Assembly (NCBI GenBank): GCA_002009975.1
Contig: MTLP01000010.1
Span: 1 to 31,187, forward strand
Direction of reading: 5' to 3'
Origin: Thermococcus sp. JdFR-02
GTDB lineage: Archaea > Methanobacteriota_B > Thermococci > Thermococcales > Thermococcaceae
Length of the DNA: 31,187 nt
The position numbers and the translations under genes were made by a program. Below, one piece after another: positions 19,831 to 31,187 of the stretch (the first letter of the stretch is position 1; the number at the start of each line of letters is the position of its first letter). Under the pieces are notes generated by a model. It ran no database searches, was not told where the DNA came from, and saw nothing but the letters and a program-made list of their open reading frames with translations.

Positions 19831-19862
19831 TATGTATTACATGTAATGCATAGTATATAAAT
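19831..19862 (-). promoter_or_regulatory. TATA box with an adjacent 22-bp near-perfect palindrome (putative operator)
   Basis: TATGTATTACATGTAATGCATA (19831-19852; one mismatched pair, perfect core ATTACATGTAAT) beside minus-strand TTTATATA (19862-19855). Confidence 0.65.
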
Positions 19863-19967
19863 CTTGCGCTTCTGCCCTCATGAATTCTCAAGATTATTAA
19901 AAGGGAACCAACAAAATCAACACTATTGGAAATTATTCAATATATAATTGTAAGAAAAGATGAACAC

Positions 19968-20657
19968 CTATGGTGTGTTAGTTTCAACGACTTCCAGCTT
20001 TCCATATCTGTTTATTTTCCACAGCACTTCCATACCTAAATGCTCTGCAATTTGTGTTTTTCGTATTTCAAGAGAATAAACGCCCCTTCCTATGTATTCT
20101 GAGGTTATTACTCCACCAACAGCATTTTTAAATAGCCTCATATATTTTTCCTCTATAACATTTCTGGGTATTAAGTACACTGTTATTTTTCCCAATTTGC
20201 CCTCAAATCCAAGGAGAGTGTTATACCAGTCTACAGCTGCACTGTCTCCTTCTTTAAGCAAGTAGCCTTCTAAGTTGTAGACTATGTTGAATATTCTCTT
20301 ATATTTTTCAGCAATCTGTTTGAAAAGTTTACCATACTTAGTGCCTACTTCAGAAGGATCTACAATACCTATCAATTTTCCAAATCTTGAAGAATGTCCT
20401 CCTATTTTAATTATATTTATCTTTTCTAGATTCTCTAGGAAAATGCTCTTATCTTCTCCAGAAGCCATCCTTAGAACTTCGTTTATTTTTGTGTCAATCA
20501 AGTCTCCAAAACAATCAACAAGGATACCGTAATTGTTCTTTATTTGAGTGGGAACTACTTTTAGCCATATAAGCCAGTCAACTGGTACCTCTGGATCAAA
20601 CTCCCATATGTATGTTGTCCCTATTAAAAACTCCTTTTCAAGTATTTCACGAATCAT
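19968..20657 (-). CDS. Hypothetical protein, possibly a degenerate RecA/KaiC-like fold (DUF257-like)
   Basis: Alpha/beta pattern with ILVDCFGD, IIKIGG, LEIRKT; no Walker A. GGTGAG RBS before ATG 20657. Confidence 0.5.
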   Translation of the reverse strand: MIREILEKEFLIGTTYIWEFDPEVPVDWLIWLKVVPTQIKNNYGILVDCFGDLIDTKINEVLRMASGEDKSIFLENLEKINIIKIGGHSSRFGKLIGIVDPSEVGTKYGKLFKQIAEKYKRIFNIVYNLEGYLLKEGDSAAVDWYNTLLGFEGKLGKITVYLIPRNVIEEKYMRLFKNAVGGVITSEYIGRGVYSLEIRKTQIAEHLGMEVLWKINRYGKLEVVETNTP

Positions 20658-20870
20658 TATTATCTCACCATAAGAGGTATGCATTGGATATTTATTTATT
20701 TTTCGATATTAATTAAAGAAAGAGCATACTTGAATAAAATTGAGTTTGCAAAATTTATATTTGTGGATAGTGTATTTGTTTAGATTATAGTGTGATTTTC
20801 TGAAAATTGTCAGAGATTTAACTTAAACTCCCCTCTAATGTCCATATTAGCACTTTTTCTCCTAATCAGA

Positions 20871-20888
20871 CAGTAAAGTTTATATTAT
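20871..20888 (+). promoter_or_regulatory. BRE-TATA promoter of the che operon
   Basis: CAGTAAAG-TTTATATT about 70 nt upstream of the cheR ATG; the same 12-mer GTAAAGTTTATA occurs in the 5S rRNA promoter. Confidence 0.55.
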
Positions 20889-20953
20889 AGAATATCCAAA
20901 GTATATTGTGAAATGTTGTAAAGTCTGCAATAAGTTGAGTGTATGGTGGTAAA

Positions 20954-21796
20954 ATGCTACAACCCAACGATAAAGGATATCAGCTTATCAAAAGGGAACT
21001 TTCGAAATTTTTGAATCTTGACGATAACATGTACAAGGATACCTATCTATTAAGGAGAATTTCAGCTCGAGCAAGAAGACTAGGAGTGAACAACTTGATG
21101 GACTATTACCTATTTCTAAAAAAGAACAAAAATGAAATTGAACAACTACTCCTGACTATTACAATAAACACAACAGAATTCTTCAGAGACCCAATCGTTT
21201 GGAAAACTTTTCAAAACAAGCTACTTCCAGAAATCATTAGATATAAGCAAATGAATAATTTAAAGGAAATCCGAATCTGGAGTGCAGCTTGTTCTTCAGG
21301 TCAAGAACCCTATTCAATTGCTATGATTATACATGAAGTGCTTGGAGGAAAGTTGGATAACTTTAAGGTGTCGATACTGGCAACTGATATAGATACAAAA
21401 GCTTTGGCAACTGCTATGTCTGGTATTTATCCAAAAAACATAGTTGATAAGCAAGTCCCCCTAAGCTTAAGGAAGAAGTACTTCATTGATGAAGGAGAGT
21501 ATTATAAGGTTAACAGTTCTCTAAAGAAGCTAATCATGTTTAAGCATTTTAATTTATTAAACAAAAGCTACCCAAAGGGATTTGACATAATCTTCCTGAG
21601 AAACGTGCTTATATACATGACACATGACGCCCAAGGGATTGTGTTTAAGAATATTTATTCTTCTCTTCAAGACCACGGATATCTCATCCTTGGAAGGACT
21701 GAGAGCATAATTGGAAAATTCGCCTATTTGTTTAGAATCTATGACCTAAGCTCCAGAGTCTATAAAAAGAATTTGGAGTTGATTAAAAATGGCTAG
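20954..21796 (+). CDS. cheR: Chemotaxis protein methyltransferase CheR
   Basis: TINTTEFFRD, IWSAACSSGQEPYSIAM, ATDID, IFLRNVLIY motifs; GGTGG RBS. Confidence 0.96.
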   Translation: MLQPNDKGYQLIKRELSKFLNLDDNMYKDTYLLRRISARARRLGVNNLMDYYLFLKKNKNEIEQLLLTITINTTEFFRDPIVWKTFQNKLLPEIIRYKQMNNLKEIRIWSAACSSGQEPYSIAMIIHEVLGGKLDNFKVSILATDIDTKALATAMSGIYPKNIVDKQVPLSLRKKYFIDEGEYYKVNSSLKKLIMFKHFNLLNKSYPKGFDIIFLRNVLIYMTHDAQGIVFKNIYSSLQDHGYLILGRTESIIGKFAYLFRIYDLSSRVYKKNLELIKNG

Positions 21797-22151
21797 CGTT
21801 TTAGTTGTAGATGATGCAGCATTTATGAGAATGTTGCTTAAAAGAATACTAACCCAAGCAGGGCATCAAGTAATTGGGGAAGCTGCAACTGGCAAAGAAG
21901 CTATTGAAAAGTACAAGCAGCTTAAGCCAGACTTAGTAACTATGGACATAGTAATGCCAGAGATGGATGGAATTACTGCAGTAGGTGAAATAGTGAAAAT
22001 TGACCCAAATGCAAAAGTGATAATGATAACAGCCGTAGGTCAAGAAGCAAAGGTGATGCAGGCACTTAAAAATGGAGCCAAGGGATACATCGTTAAACCA
22101 TTCCAAGCTCCAAAAGTTCTGGAGGAGATAAACAGAGTGCTTTCAGGGTGA
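21789..22151 (+). CDS. cheY: Chemotaxis response regulator CheY
   Basis: [26 protein letters not shown] single receiver domain. Confidence 0.96.
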   Translation: MASVLVVDDAAFMRMLLKRILTQAGHQVIGEAATGKEAIEKYKQLKPDLVTMDIVMPEMDGITAVGEIVKIDPNAKVIMITAVGQEAKVMQALKNGAKGYIVKPFQAPKVLEEINRVLSG

Positions 22152-22155
22152 TACA

Positions 22156-23211
22156 ATGTATTTCAAGAGGAAGACAAGAGTCCTAGTAGTCGATGACTCC
22201 CATTTAATGTGCAGGATAATAAGAGACATAATAAACTCAGATCCAGACTTAGAAGTTATAGGAGAAGCCCACAATGGATATGAAGCTATAGAACTTGTGA
22301 GGAAACTTAAACCTGATGTTATCACATTAGACGTTGAAATGCCAAAGATGAACGGTCTGGAAACTTTAAAATACATAATGAGAGTTTACCCAAGACCCGT
22401 AATAATGGTAAGCTCTTTAACCCAAGAAGGCGCAGATGCTACGATTAAAGCTTTGGAGTATGGTGCTGTGGATTTTATCCCAAAACCTTCTGCGAATGAA
22501 TTAAAAGAGTTCAAAGAAAATATCATTAGGAAGATAAAGGAAGTTAGCAGAGTCCCAATTAGACTGCTGGAGTTTAAAGCTCAAAGGCTTTTACAGGAGC
22601 AAAAGCATAAAGTAAAGCGCATTCCAGTTTTAGCTCGAAAAGTCGTTGTTATAGCCTCTTCTACAGGTGGACCTCAATCCTTGCTGAAAATTTTTCCAAA
22701 ATTTCCAGAAGATATTGATGCAGCTATTTTAGTTGTCCAACACATGCCACCAAAGTTCACCAACTCATTTGCTAAAAGATTAGACAGCATTTCAAGGATT
22801 GAGGTAAAAGAAGCTGAAGATGGAGACATAATCGAAAAAGGGAAAGCTTACGTTGCTCCAGGTGGATATCATATGGAAGTTTCAATATACAATAAAAAAC
22901 CAAAGATAAAGCTGAACAAGAAACCAAAGATAAACGGAGTAAGACCTTCAGCAGATCCAACTATGATCACTGCAGCTGAGACCTTTAAAAGCAAAACAGT
23001 TGGTGTAGTTATGACAGGAATGGGCTCAGATGGAGCGAGAGGATTAGCAAAAATAAAAGAAGCAGGCGGAATAACAATAGCTCAAGATAGAGAAACCTCG
23101 ATAATATTTGGCATGCCCAAAGCAGCAATAGAGTTGGGTGTTGTTGATCACGTAGTTCCTCTTGGTAATATTCCCTATACTGTTCTTTCTGCATTAAAGA
23201 CGCTCCAGTGA
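22156..23211 (+). CDS. cheB: Chemotaxis methylesterase CheB
   Basis: Receiver domain plus SSTGGP, VQHMP, RPSAD, TGMGSDG catalytic motifs. Confidence 0.97.
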   Translation: MYFKRKTRVLVVDDSHLMCRIIRDIINSDPDLEVIGEAHNGYEAIELVRKLKPDVITLDVEMPKMNGLETLKYIMRVYPRPVIMVSSLTQEGADATIKALEYGAVDFIPKPSANELKEFKENIIRKIKEVSRVPIRLLEFKAQRLLQEQKHKVKRIPVLARKVVVIASSTGGPQSLLKIFPKFPEDIDAAILVVQHMPPKFTNSFAKRLDSISRIEVKEAEDGDIIEKGKAYVAPGGYHMEVSIYNKKPKIKLNKKPKINGVRPSADPTMITAAETFKSKTVGVVMTGMGSDGARGLAKIKEAGGITIAQDRETSIIFGMPKAAIELGVVDHVVPLGNIPYTVLSALKTLQ

Positions 23212-23212
23212 G

Positions 23213-25405
23213 GTGAACATATTGGAAGATCTCTCTCAATACCTTGAAGAGTTCCTTGCAGATGCCAGGGAGAGAATAGATAACCTGAATAACGCTGTTT
23301 TAAAACTTGAGGAAATTGCAAAAGGAAGAGCAGATGAGGGAGAAAAAAGAAGAATAATAGACCAGATATTTAGAGAAGCCCACACTTTAAAGGGAACTGC
23401 TGCAACTATGGGATTTACCGAGTTAAGCGAAGTTGCCCATAAGATGGAGAATCTCTTTGATGACATTAGAGAGGGAAGAATAGACATTAGCAATGATATC
23501 GTTGATGTAGTTTTTGAGTTCCTCGATATTATAAGCGAAATGATTGACGATATTGAAAAAGGAAGAGAACATAAAGCAGATTTGAAATCTCTCTACGAGA
23601 AGGTTGATAAGATTAAGGAAAAAGCTATTTTAGAATCTAAAACTAAACAAGAGGATGATCCAAAAGAAGTTAGAAAATACTCTGTGAAAGTTTTCTTTGA
23701 CAAGAACAATACAATGAGAGGTGTAAGAGCATTTCTTATCCTTTCTGATCTTGAAGAAATTGGAGAAGTAATTGAGACCATTCCAGAAAGAAAAAAACTA
23801 GAGGAGGGCAATCTTGAAGATGATTCAGTTGAGTATATAGTGCTCTCATATAAAACACCAGAGGAAATTGCTTCTATGATAAAAAAGCATCCAGAGGTAT
23901 TGAGTGTCAAGATCAATGAAGCCTTGGAAGCTGGAGTAAAGAGAATTGAGATTTATCTTCAGAAGGAAGCACCGCTAAAAGAAGCCCGTTCATTTCTAAT
24001 AATGCAAGATTTAGAAAGGATAGGCGAAATAGTTGACATAAAACCTAAAAAAAGCGAAATAGAAGCTGGAAAATTAATTGACGGAAATAAGTTTGTAGTT
24101 TACTTAAAAACTCAAGAAGATGAAGAGATCATAAAAGAAATCATAACTAAGCATCCAGACGTTGAAAAAGTTGAGCTTGAGAAAAAAGAGGAAAAAAAGC
24201 AGGAAGAACCAAACATACAGAAGTTTGCAGATAGGATAAAGATAAGTAAACTTGTGAGAATCAATGTGGAACATCTTGATAAATTAATGGATTTAGTAAG
24301 TGAGCTTGTTATAAATAAAGGACGTTTGGAGCAGATAGCTGAATCTTTAGAAAGCAAAGAACTCCTGGAAGCTCTCTCCACTACTTCAAGGCTGATGTCT
24401 GAACTTCAAGAGGAAATAATGACCATGCGTCTAATTTCTTTGTCTGAAATCTTCAACAAGTTTCCAAGAATGGTTAGGGATCTCTCAAAAGAGATGGGTA
24501 AAGAAGTTAAACTCATAATGGAAGGGCAAGATATAGAAGTTGACAGAGCTATTTTAGACAAATTGAGCGATATATTGGTTCATTTACTTCGTAATGCTGT
24601 TGACCATGGAATAGAGCCTCCGGAAGAACGAGAAAAGCTTGGAAAACCAAGAGTTGGAACAATAAAGCTTATTGCCAAGAGAGAAAAGGACAGAATAGAA
24701 ATTGTAGTTATGGATGATGGAAGAGGAATTGACCCAGCAAAAATAAAGGAAAAAGCTATTTTAAGAGGTCTTTTAACTGAGAGTGCTGCAAATTCAATGA
24801 GCACTGAGGAGTTATTAAACCTAATATTCATGCCAGGATTTAGCACTGCAGAGAGAGTTAGCAGTGTTTCTGGAAGAGGAGTGGGATTAGATGTCGTTCA
24901 AGAGATAGTTAAGTCCCTTAATGGAAGCTTAAGTGTTAGAACAGAGATTGGAAAAGGCACTTCTTTCATAATAAGACTACCTATAAGCACTGCAATAATT
25001 CAAGCGTTGCTGATTCAGGTAGTAGATGAAATTTATGCAGTCCCAATAAACAACATCCTCGAGAGTAAAGAGATTGTGAGAGATGAAATTAGGACAATAG
25101 GCAAAAAAGAAGTCATAGTTCTGAGAGGGGAAATAATCCCACTATATATGCTTCACAAGCTCATAGGGCTTTCTCAAAACAACAAAGACAGATTTCCAGC
25201 GATAATAGTGGACTTAGGTTCTCAAAAAATTGCGATAGGCGTTGATGAACTGCTTCATAAGAAAGACATTGTAATTAAACCTCTTGGAAAGCTTCTTTCT
25301 CATGTTAGTGGATTCTCTGGTGCAACAATATTGGGAGATGGACGCGTTGTCTTGATAATAGACATAAACAGCCTCTTGGAGGGAGTTAAGTATGGCGGAG
25401 TATAA
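23213..25405 (+). CDS. cheA: Chemotaxis histidine kinase CheA
   Basis: HPt FREAHTLKG, two P2-like repeats, HLLRNAVDHG, DDGRG, FMPGFST, SGRGVGLD, C-terminal CheW domain. Confidence 0.97.
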   Translation: MNILEDLSQYLEEFLADARERIDNLNNAVLKLEEIAKGRADEGEKRRIIDQIFREAHTLKGTAATMGFTELSEVAHKMENLFDDIREGRIDISNDIVDVVFEFLDIISEMIDDIEKGREHKADLKSLYEKVDKIKEKAILESKTKQEDDPKEVRKYSVKVFFDKNNTMRGVRAFLILSDLEEIGEVIETIPERKKLEEGNLEDDSVEYIVLSYKTPEEIASMIKKHPEVLSVKINEALEAGVKRIEIYLQKEAPLKEARSFLIMQDLERIGEIVDIKPKKSEIEAGKLIDGNKFVVYLKTQEDEEIIKEIITKHPDVEKVELEKKEEKKQEEPNIQKFADRIKISKLVRINVEHLDKLMDLVSELVINKGRLEQIAESLESKELLEALSTTSRLMSELQEEIMTMRLISLSEIFNKFPRMVRDLSKEMGKEVKLIMEGQDIEVDRAILDKLSDILVHLLRNAVDHGIEPPEEREKLGKPRVGTIKLIAKREKDRIEIVVMDDGRGIDPAKIKEKAILRGLLTESAANSMSTEELLNLIFMPGFSTAERVSSVSGRGVGLDVVQEIVKSLNGSLSVRTEIGKGTSFIIRLPISTAIIQALLIQVVDEIYAVPINNILESKEIVRDEIRTIGKKEVIVLRGEIIPLYMLHKLIGLSQNNKDRFPAIIVDLGSQKIAIGVDELLHKKDIVIKPLGKLLSHVSGFSGATILGDGRVVLIIDINSLLEGVKYGGV

Positions 25406-26015
25406 GGACTACATAAACAGTCTCTCTGAGATTGAAAAAAGTGCCCTCCTTGAAACTTTCAACATAGGGGCATCTCATGCTGCAACTGCATTATACCAAA
25501 TGACGGGGATTGAAACATCTGTCTCAGTCCCTTCTATTGAGATAGTACCAATAAAAGATGTTGGGGAGGAATTTAAAGACGAGGTAAAGGTAGCAGTGTA
25601 CGTGGAACTTGGTAAGGAATTTGATGGCCATATCTTTTTTATAACTGATTTCCAAGATGCGCTTAAGATATGTGGCTTAATGCTTGGAACTAATGAATGC
25701 AGTGAGTTAGATGAGCTTGGAAAATCCTCCATAATGGAAATGGGAAATATACTAGCATCAGCATTCGCTACAGCAATCTCCAACTTTTTAGGAATTACCA
25801 TAGATCAAACTCCCCCTCAAATGGTTATAGACTTTTTACCTGCTATTATAGACCTTGCCCTAATAGATGTTGCAAAATACAGCGAACACACAATTTTGCT
25901 GAAAACAGACATAAAACTTGGTGAAGCATTATTTAAAGAGCATCTGTTGGTATTCCCAAGACCCGATGGTATGAAAGCTATTCTCAAAAAACTAAAGGAG
26001 GTCTTAGGATGTTAG
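25392..26015 (+). CDS. cheC: CheY-P phosphatase CheC (copy 1)
   Basis: Two E-x-x-N sites: LLETFNIG and IMEMGNI. Confidence 0.92.
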   Translation: MAEYKDYINSLSEIEKSALLETFNIGASHAATALYQMTGIETSVSVPSIEIVPIKDVGEEFKDEVKVAVYVELGKEFDGHIFFITDFQDALKICGLMLGTNECSELDELGKSSIMEMGNILASAFATAISNFLGITIDQTPPQMVIDFLPAIIDLALIDVAKYSEHTILLKTDIKLGEALFKEHLLVFPRPDGMKAILKKLKEVLGC

Positions 26016-26635
26016 ATGATTTAAGTGAATTCCATAAAGACATGGTTAAAGAGGGTATTGGAATAGCAATAACGCATGCTGCTACAGCACTGTCTAAGCT
26101 CTTCAACGACGTTGTGGATTTGGAAGTTCCAAAGATGGAGATTATTAACAAGGAGGAATTTCTATCCGGCATGTATAATTTAGACGATAGATTTACAGTG
26201 GGTTTTGATATCCTAGAAGGAATAAGTGGAATAGCAATACTACAATTCTCAAAGGAAAGTACACTGACGTTATCCGCTCTTTTAATGGGATTAGCCCCTG
26301 GGGATATTACAGAATTGGATGAATTAGGAGAATCTGCAATAATGGAAGTTGGAAATATAATGGTCTCCGTTCATACCGACATTTTATCGATACTCCTAAA
26401 AGAAAGCGTATCCTTAAGCCCTCCAAGACATTACAAAAACATAGATGAGCTTTTGAATGACATAAACAGACCAAGGCTTAAAGAGACTAACAGAATCATT
26501 CTATTTAAAACACGCTTCTACAATGAAAATTATGGCATAGAGACGTTTTTCTATTTAATCCCATCAGTTGGATCAATTGAAAAACTAATCAAGAGCCTAG
26601 AAGAGGAGTTAGAGAGGTATGGGTATGGAAATTAG
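26009..26635 (+). CDS. cheC: CheY-P phosphatase CheC (copy 2)
   Basis: HAATALS and SAIMEVGNI; first site degenerate (KEGIG). Confidence 0.88.
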   Translation: MLDDLSEFHKDMVKEGIGIAITHAATALSKLFNDVVDLEVPKMEIINKEEFLSGMYNLDDRFTVGFDILEGISGIAILQFSKESTLTLSALLMGLAPGDITELDELGESAIMEVGNIMVSVHTDILSILLKESVSLSPPRHYKNIDELLNDINRPRLKETNRIILFKTRFYNENYGIETFFYLIPSVGSIEKLIKSLEEELERYGYGN

Positions 26636-27107
26636 AGTAGGTATTGGAGATTATGCAGTCAGCAAAAGAAAGGGGGTGATAAGCACATATGGATTAGGAT
26701 CCTGTGTAGGCGTTACTTTGTATGATCCAGTAACAAAGGTGGGAGGATTACTACATGCATTGCTTCCAGAAGCAAATTCTTACAACGGCAAGGGAAATCC
26801 AGCCAAATATGTAGACACTGGACTCCAGCTTCTCATAAGAGATATGATCAAACAAGGAGCCCTGAAAAGTAGAATTCGAGCAAAACTATTTGGAGGAAGC
26901 CAGATGTTCATGCTCTCAAACGAAAATCTACAAATTGGAAAAAGAAACGTAGAAGCAGCAAAAAGAGAGTTGAAGAAATACAAGATTCCAATAGTTGCAG
27001 AAGACACAGGTGGTAAAGGAGGAAGAACAATCCGTCTTTCTCTTGAAACAGGAGAGGTTTTTATGAAAAAAGTTTTGAGTGGCAATGTTGTTGAGGTAAG
27101 GCTTTAG
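26619..27107 (+). CDS. cheD: Chemoreceptor glutamine deamidase CheD
   Basis: TYGLGSCVG, GGLLHALLP, AKLFGG, IGKRN, EDTGG motifs. Confidence 0.96.
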   Translation: MGMEIRVGIGDYAVSKRKGVISTYGLGSCVGVTLYDPVTKVGGLLHALLPEANSYNGKGNPAKYVDTGLQLLIRDMIKQGALKSRIRAKLFGGSQMFMLSNENLQIGKRNVEAAKRELKKYKIPIVAEDTGGKGGRTIRLSLETGEVFMKKVLSGNVVEVRL

Positions 27108-29336
<2,229 letters not shown>

Positions 29337-29367
29337 CCTTCATTTTACATTTTAGGAGGGACGAAAA

Positions 29368-29808
29368 ATGAATGAAGTTGTAGCTTTTAGGCTTGGAGAT
29401 GAAGAATTTTGCCTTGACATAGCGAATGTTAGGGAAATCAAGGAAATGATGCCAATTACGAGGGTCCCTAATGCTCCCGACTTTATAGAGGGAGTCATAA
29501 ACCTGAGAGGGCAGATAACTGCTGTCATAGATTTAAAGAAAAAACTCGGCTACTATGATGAAAGTACACTGGAAGATAAGAACATAATAATCGCAGATAT
29601 TAAAGGAGAAACAGTGGGCATTATAGTTGACTCTGTTTCAGATGTTTTAACCCTGTCAGAGGAGGAAATAGAGCAACCCCCAAAGATGCTTGCTTCAAAA
29701 GTCGATACCAAATTCATAAAGGGGATAGCAAAAATAAATAACGGAGAGAGACTCTTGATAATGTTGGATTTGGACAAACTCTTTGAAGAAGATGAGTGGG
29801 CAGTTTAG
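29368..29808 (+). CDS. cheW: Chemotaxis coupling protein CheW
   Basis: TRVPNAPDFIEGVINLRGQI and GIIVDSV motifs. Confidence 0.96.
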   Translation: MNEVVAFRLGDEEFCLDIANVREIKEMMPITRVPNAPDFIEGVINLRGQITAVIDLKKKLGYYDESTLEDKNIIIADIKGETVGIIVDSVSDVLTLSEEEIEQPPKMLASKVDTKFIKGIAKINNGERLLIMLDLDKLFEEDEWAV

Positions 29809-29809
29809 T

Positions 29810-30811
29810 TTACATGCTGACTTTTCCATATTTTATCAATTTATTTACTATTTTTCTCCCATCCATTGTTAAATCAACAATTTTTCTTATCATGACTATT
29901 TTAAGAAAGCCTTTGTCTATCATTTCATCATATATTCTCTCAACTTCTTCTTCGCTTATCCCAAGGAACTGGTGAAGCTCTAAAGGATGTATTCCAGAGT
30001 ATAATGCTAAAAGTATCTGCTGTTCTTCAGGACTCAAACGTTCAAGCTCCTTTAATTCTCTTTTGATTTCTTCCTCTATTTCCTGCTGTATTTCTTCAAA
30101 CTCACTCGCTATTTTTTCCATAATTTCTTTTGATTTTGGATTATAGTTTAAGAGATATCTCACTAAAAATAAACCTACTTTCCTATTCGGAATATAAACG
30201 TATGAAGTTACACTTTCATTTCTATGTAGGTGCTTTAATTTTAGGGCTTTTATTTTCTTGTTCTCAAACTCCTTCTCTTCCACTTCAACATCTTCCAAAT
30301 CATAGAAGAGGGAGATAACGTTTTTTCCTTGAACTATGGCTGCGTCTTTTGTACCTCTCGTGGAGAGAATCCTTATCTCTCCTTCAGCCCATTCAGACTC
30401 CATGTTAATAGCTCCACCTTTAATTCTAGCAAACTGAATCATTACTCGTTGTTTGTTAAGAAGAATCATAAAAACAGTGTCTATAAAGCTTTCAAACTTC
30501 TTTTCATCGAAAATTAGGGGATTCTCTCCCAAAGTCAAAATAACGTACAGATCCCCTCTTTTTCCACCATAGAATCTTAATCCAAAATGATCCTTTGTTG
30601 GGTCTAATTTTACATTATCTGGTATTCTCATACCTACATCAGCTAAGTTAGCAAAACGATACCTCTCTTTCTTTACTATCTCTCCCCTTTTTAGATATTT
30701 CAAAATAATGCCTGTTTCATCTAATTCCACCGAAACATCTTTCCATTTTGGCGTACTCGTTGCCCACGAGCTTATTACTGTTGCTTTAGCTCTCAATTCC
30801 ATGATTGCCAT
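29810..30811 (-). CDS. cheF: Archaeal chemotaxis adaptor CheF (DUF439) with a C-terminal wHTH-like domain
   Basis: ARIKGGAI...WAEG and EQQILLALYSG motifs typical of CheF; located next to cheW. Likely ATG 30811 after AGGGG RBS. Confidence 0.82.
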   Translation of the reverse strand: MAIMELRAKATVISSWATSTPKWKDVSVELDETGIILKYLKRGEIVKKERYRFANLADVGMRIPDNVKLDPTKDHFGLRFYGGKRGDLYVILTLGENPLIFDEKKFESFIDTVFMILLNKQRVMIQFARIKGGAINMESEWAEGEIRILSTRGTKDAAIVQGKNVISLFYDLEDVEVEEKEFENKKIKALKLKHLHRNESVTSYVYIPNRKVGLFLVRYLLNYNPKSKEIMEKIASEFEEIQQEIEEEIKRELKELERLSPEEQQILLALYSGIHPLELHQFLGISEEEVERIYDEMIDKGFLKIVMIRKIVDLTMDGRKIVNKLIKYGKVSM

Positions 30812-31088
30812 CGTAATTCCCCTTTTAGAAGCTTTCAATGGAATTATTATGAAGGGAACTTTTTAACTTTTTGGTCACTCTGCTGGATATTATTAGGTAA
30901 GGTGAGTGTCAGATTTAAGTTTTTGATATTAATTTGAAAAAAGGAGCCTAAAAGCAAAGATCACAAGGAGAAAAATTCGAGTTGGAACTTATTATTTAAA
31001 ACGATTTAATTGCCATCAAGTTGCAGAAATACTCGTATTTGATTCTTCATCAGCAAGTAGTATTGAATAACAGTTTCAATCATAACCA

Positions 31089-31104
31089 CCGTAAAGTTTA
31101 TAAA
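31089..31104 (+). promoter_or_regulatory. BRE-TATA promoter of the 5S rRNA gene
   Basis: CCGTAAAG-TTTATAAA about 24 nt upstream of the 5S 5' end. Confidence 0.75.
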
Positions 31105-31127
31105 TTGGCTTGGTATGAGTAGTTATC

Positions 31128-31187
31128 GGCACGGCGGTCACAGCGGCGGGGCCACACCCGGACTCGTTTCGACCCCGGAAGTTAAGC
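31128..31187 (+). rRNA. rrf: 5S rRNA, 5' part (truncated at the window end)
   Basis: GGCACGGCGGTCACAGCGGCGGGGCCACACCCGGACTCGTTTCGACCCCGGAAGTTAAGC matches the archaeal 5S pattern (ACCCG...CCGGAAGTTAAGC); stand-alone, not preceded by 23S. Confidence 0.95.

Noticed and set aside
20873-20884. 12-mer GTAAAGTTTATA repeated at 31091-31102, flanking the che cluster like an att site
   Set aside because: Both copies are explained as BRE-TATA promoter consensus; no integrase nearby
31007-31083. Short minus-strand ORF (MIETVIQ..., 25 aa), a CTGATGAAGA D'/C'-like string and ATTGAA-N7-TTCAAT
   Set aside because: RBS spacing too short, no properly spaced C and D boxes, and such short palindromes are expected by chance in AT-rich DNA

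Overview
AT-rich window from a Thermococcales archaeon, inferred from gene content, GGTG/GAGG ribosome-binding sites, BRE-TATA promoters and a Thermococcus-type 5S rRNA. It has three blocks. (1) 1-9258: archaellum operon (partial flaB, flaC, flaD/E, flaF, flaG, flaH, flaI, flaJ) followed 1 nt later by a large membrane-anchored surface protein. (2) 9.5-20.7 kb: a mixed block with a CAP/SCP protein, two HAD hydrolases, a stand-alone Lrp/AsnC domain, tandem ASCH proteins, an EppA-like prepilin peptidase, pcm, an ICMT/PEMT-like protein, a Zn-ribbon protein, a membrane-anchored HTH protein, a PUA-PAPS reductase-ferredoxin fusion, an RHH protein and a hypothetical protein. (3) 20.9-30.8 kb: chemotaxis cluster cheR-Y-B-A-C-C-D-MCP-W with convergent cheF, then the 5' part of a 5S rRNA gene. 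Elements absent from the ORF track: two 54-nt C/D-box guide sRNAs of identical architecture, each directly behind a HAD gene and apparently targeting 23S rRNA; a 54-aa class III signal peptide pilin gene in front of the peptidase; and two operator-like palindromes immediately downstream of TATA boxes. All family calls come from motif recognition; no database search was run.
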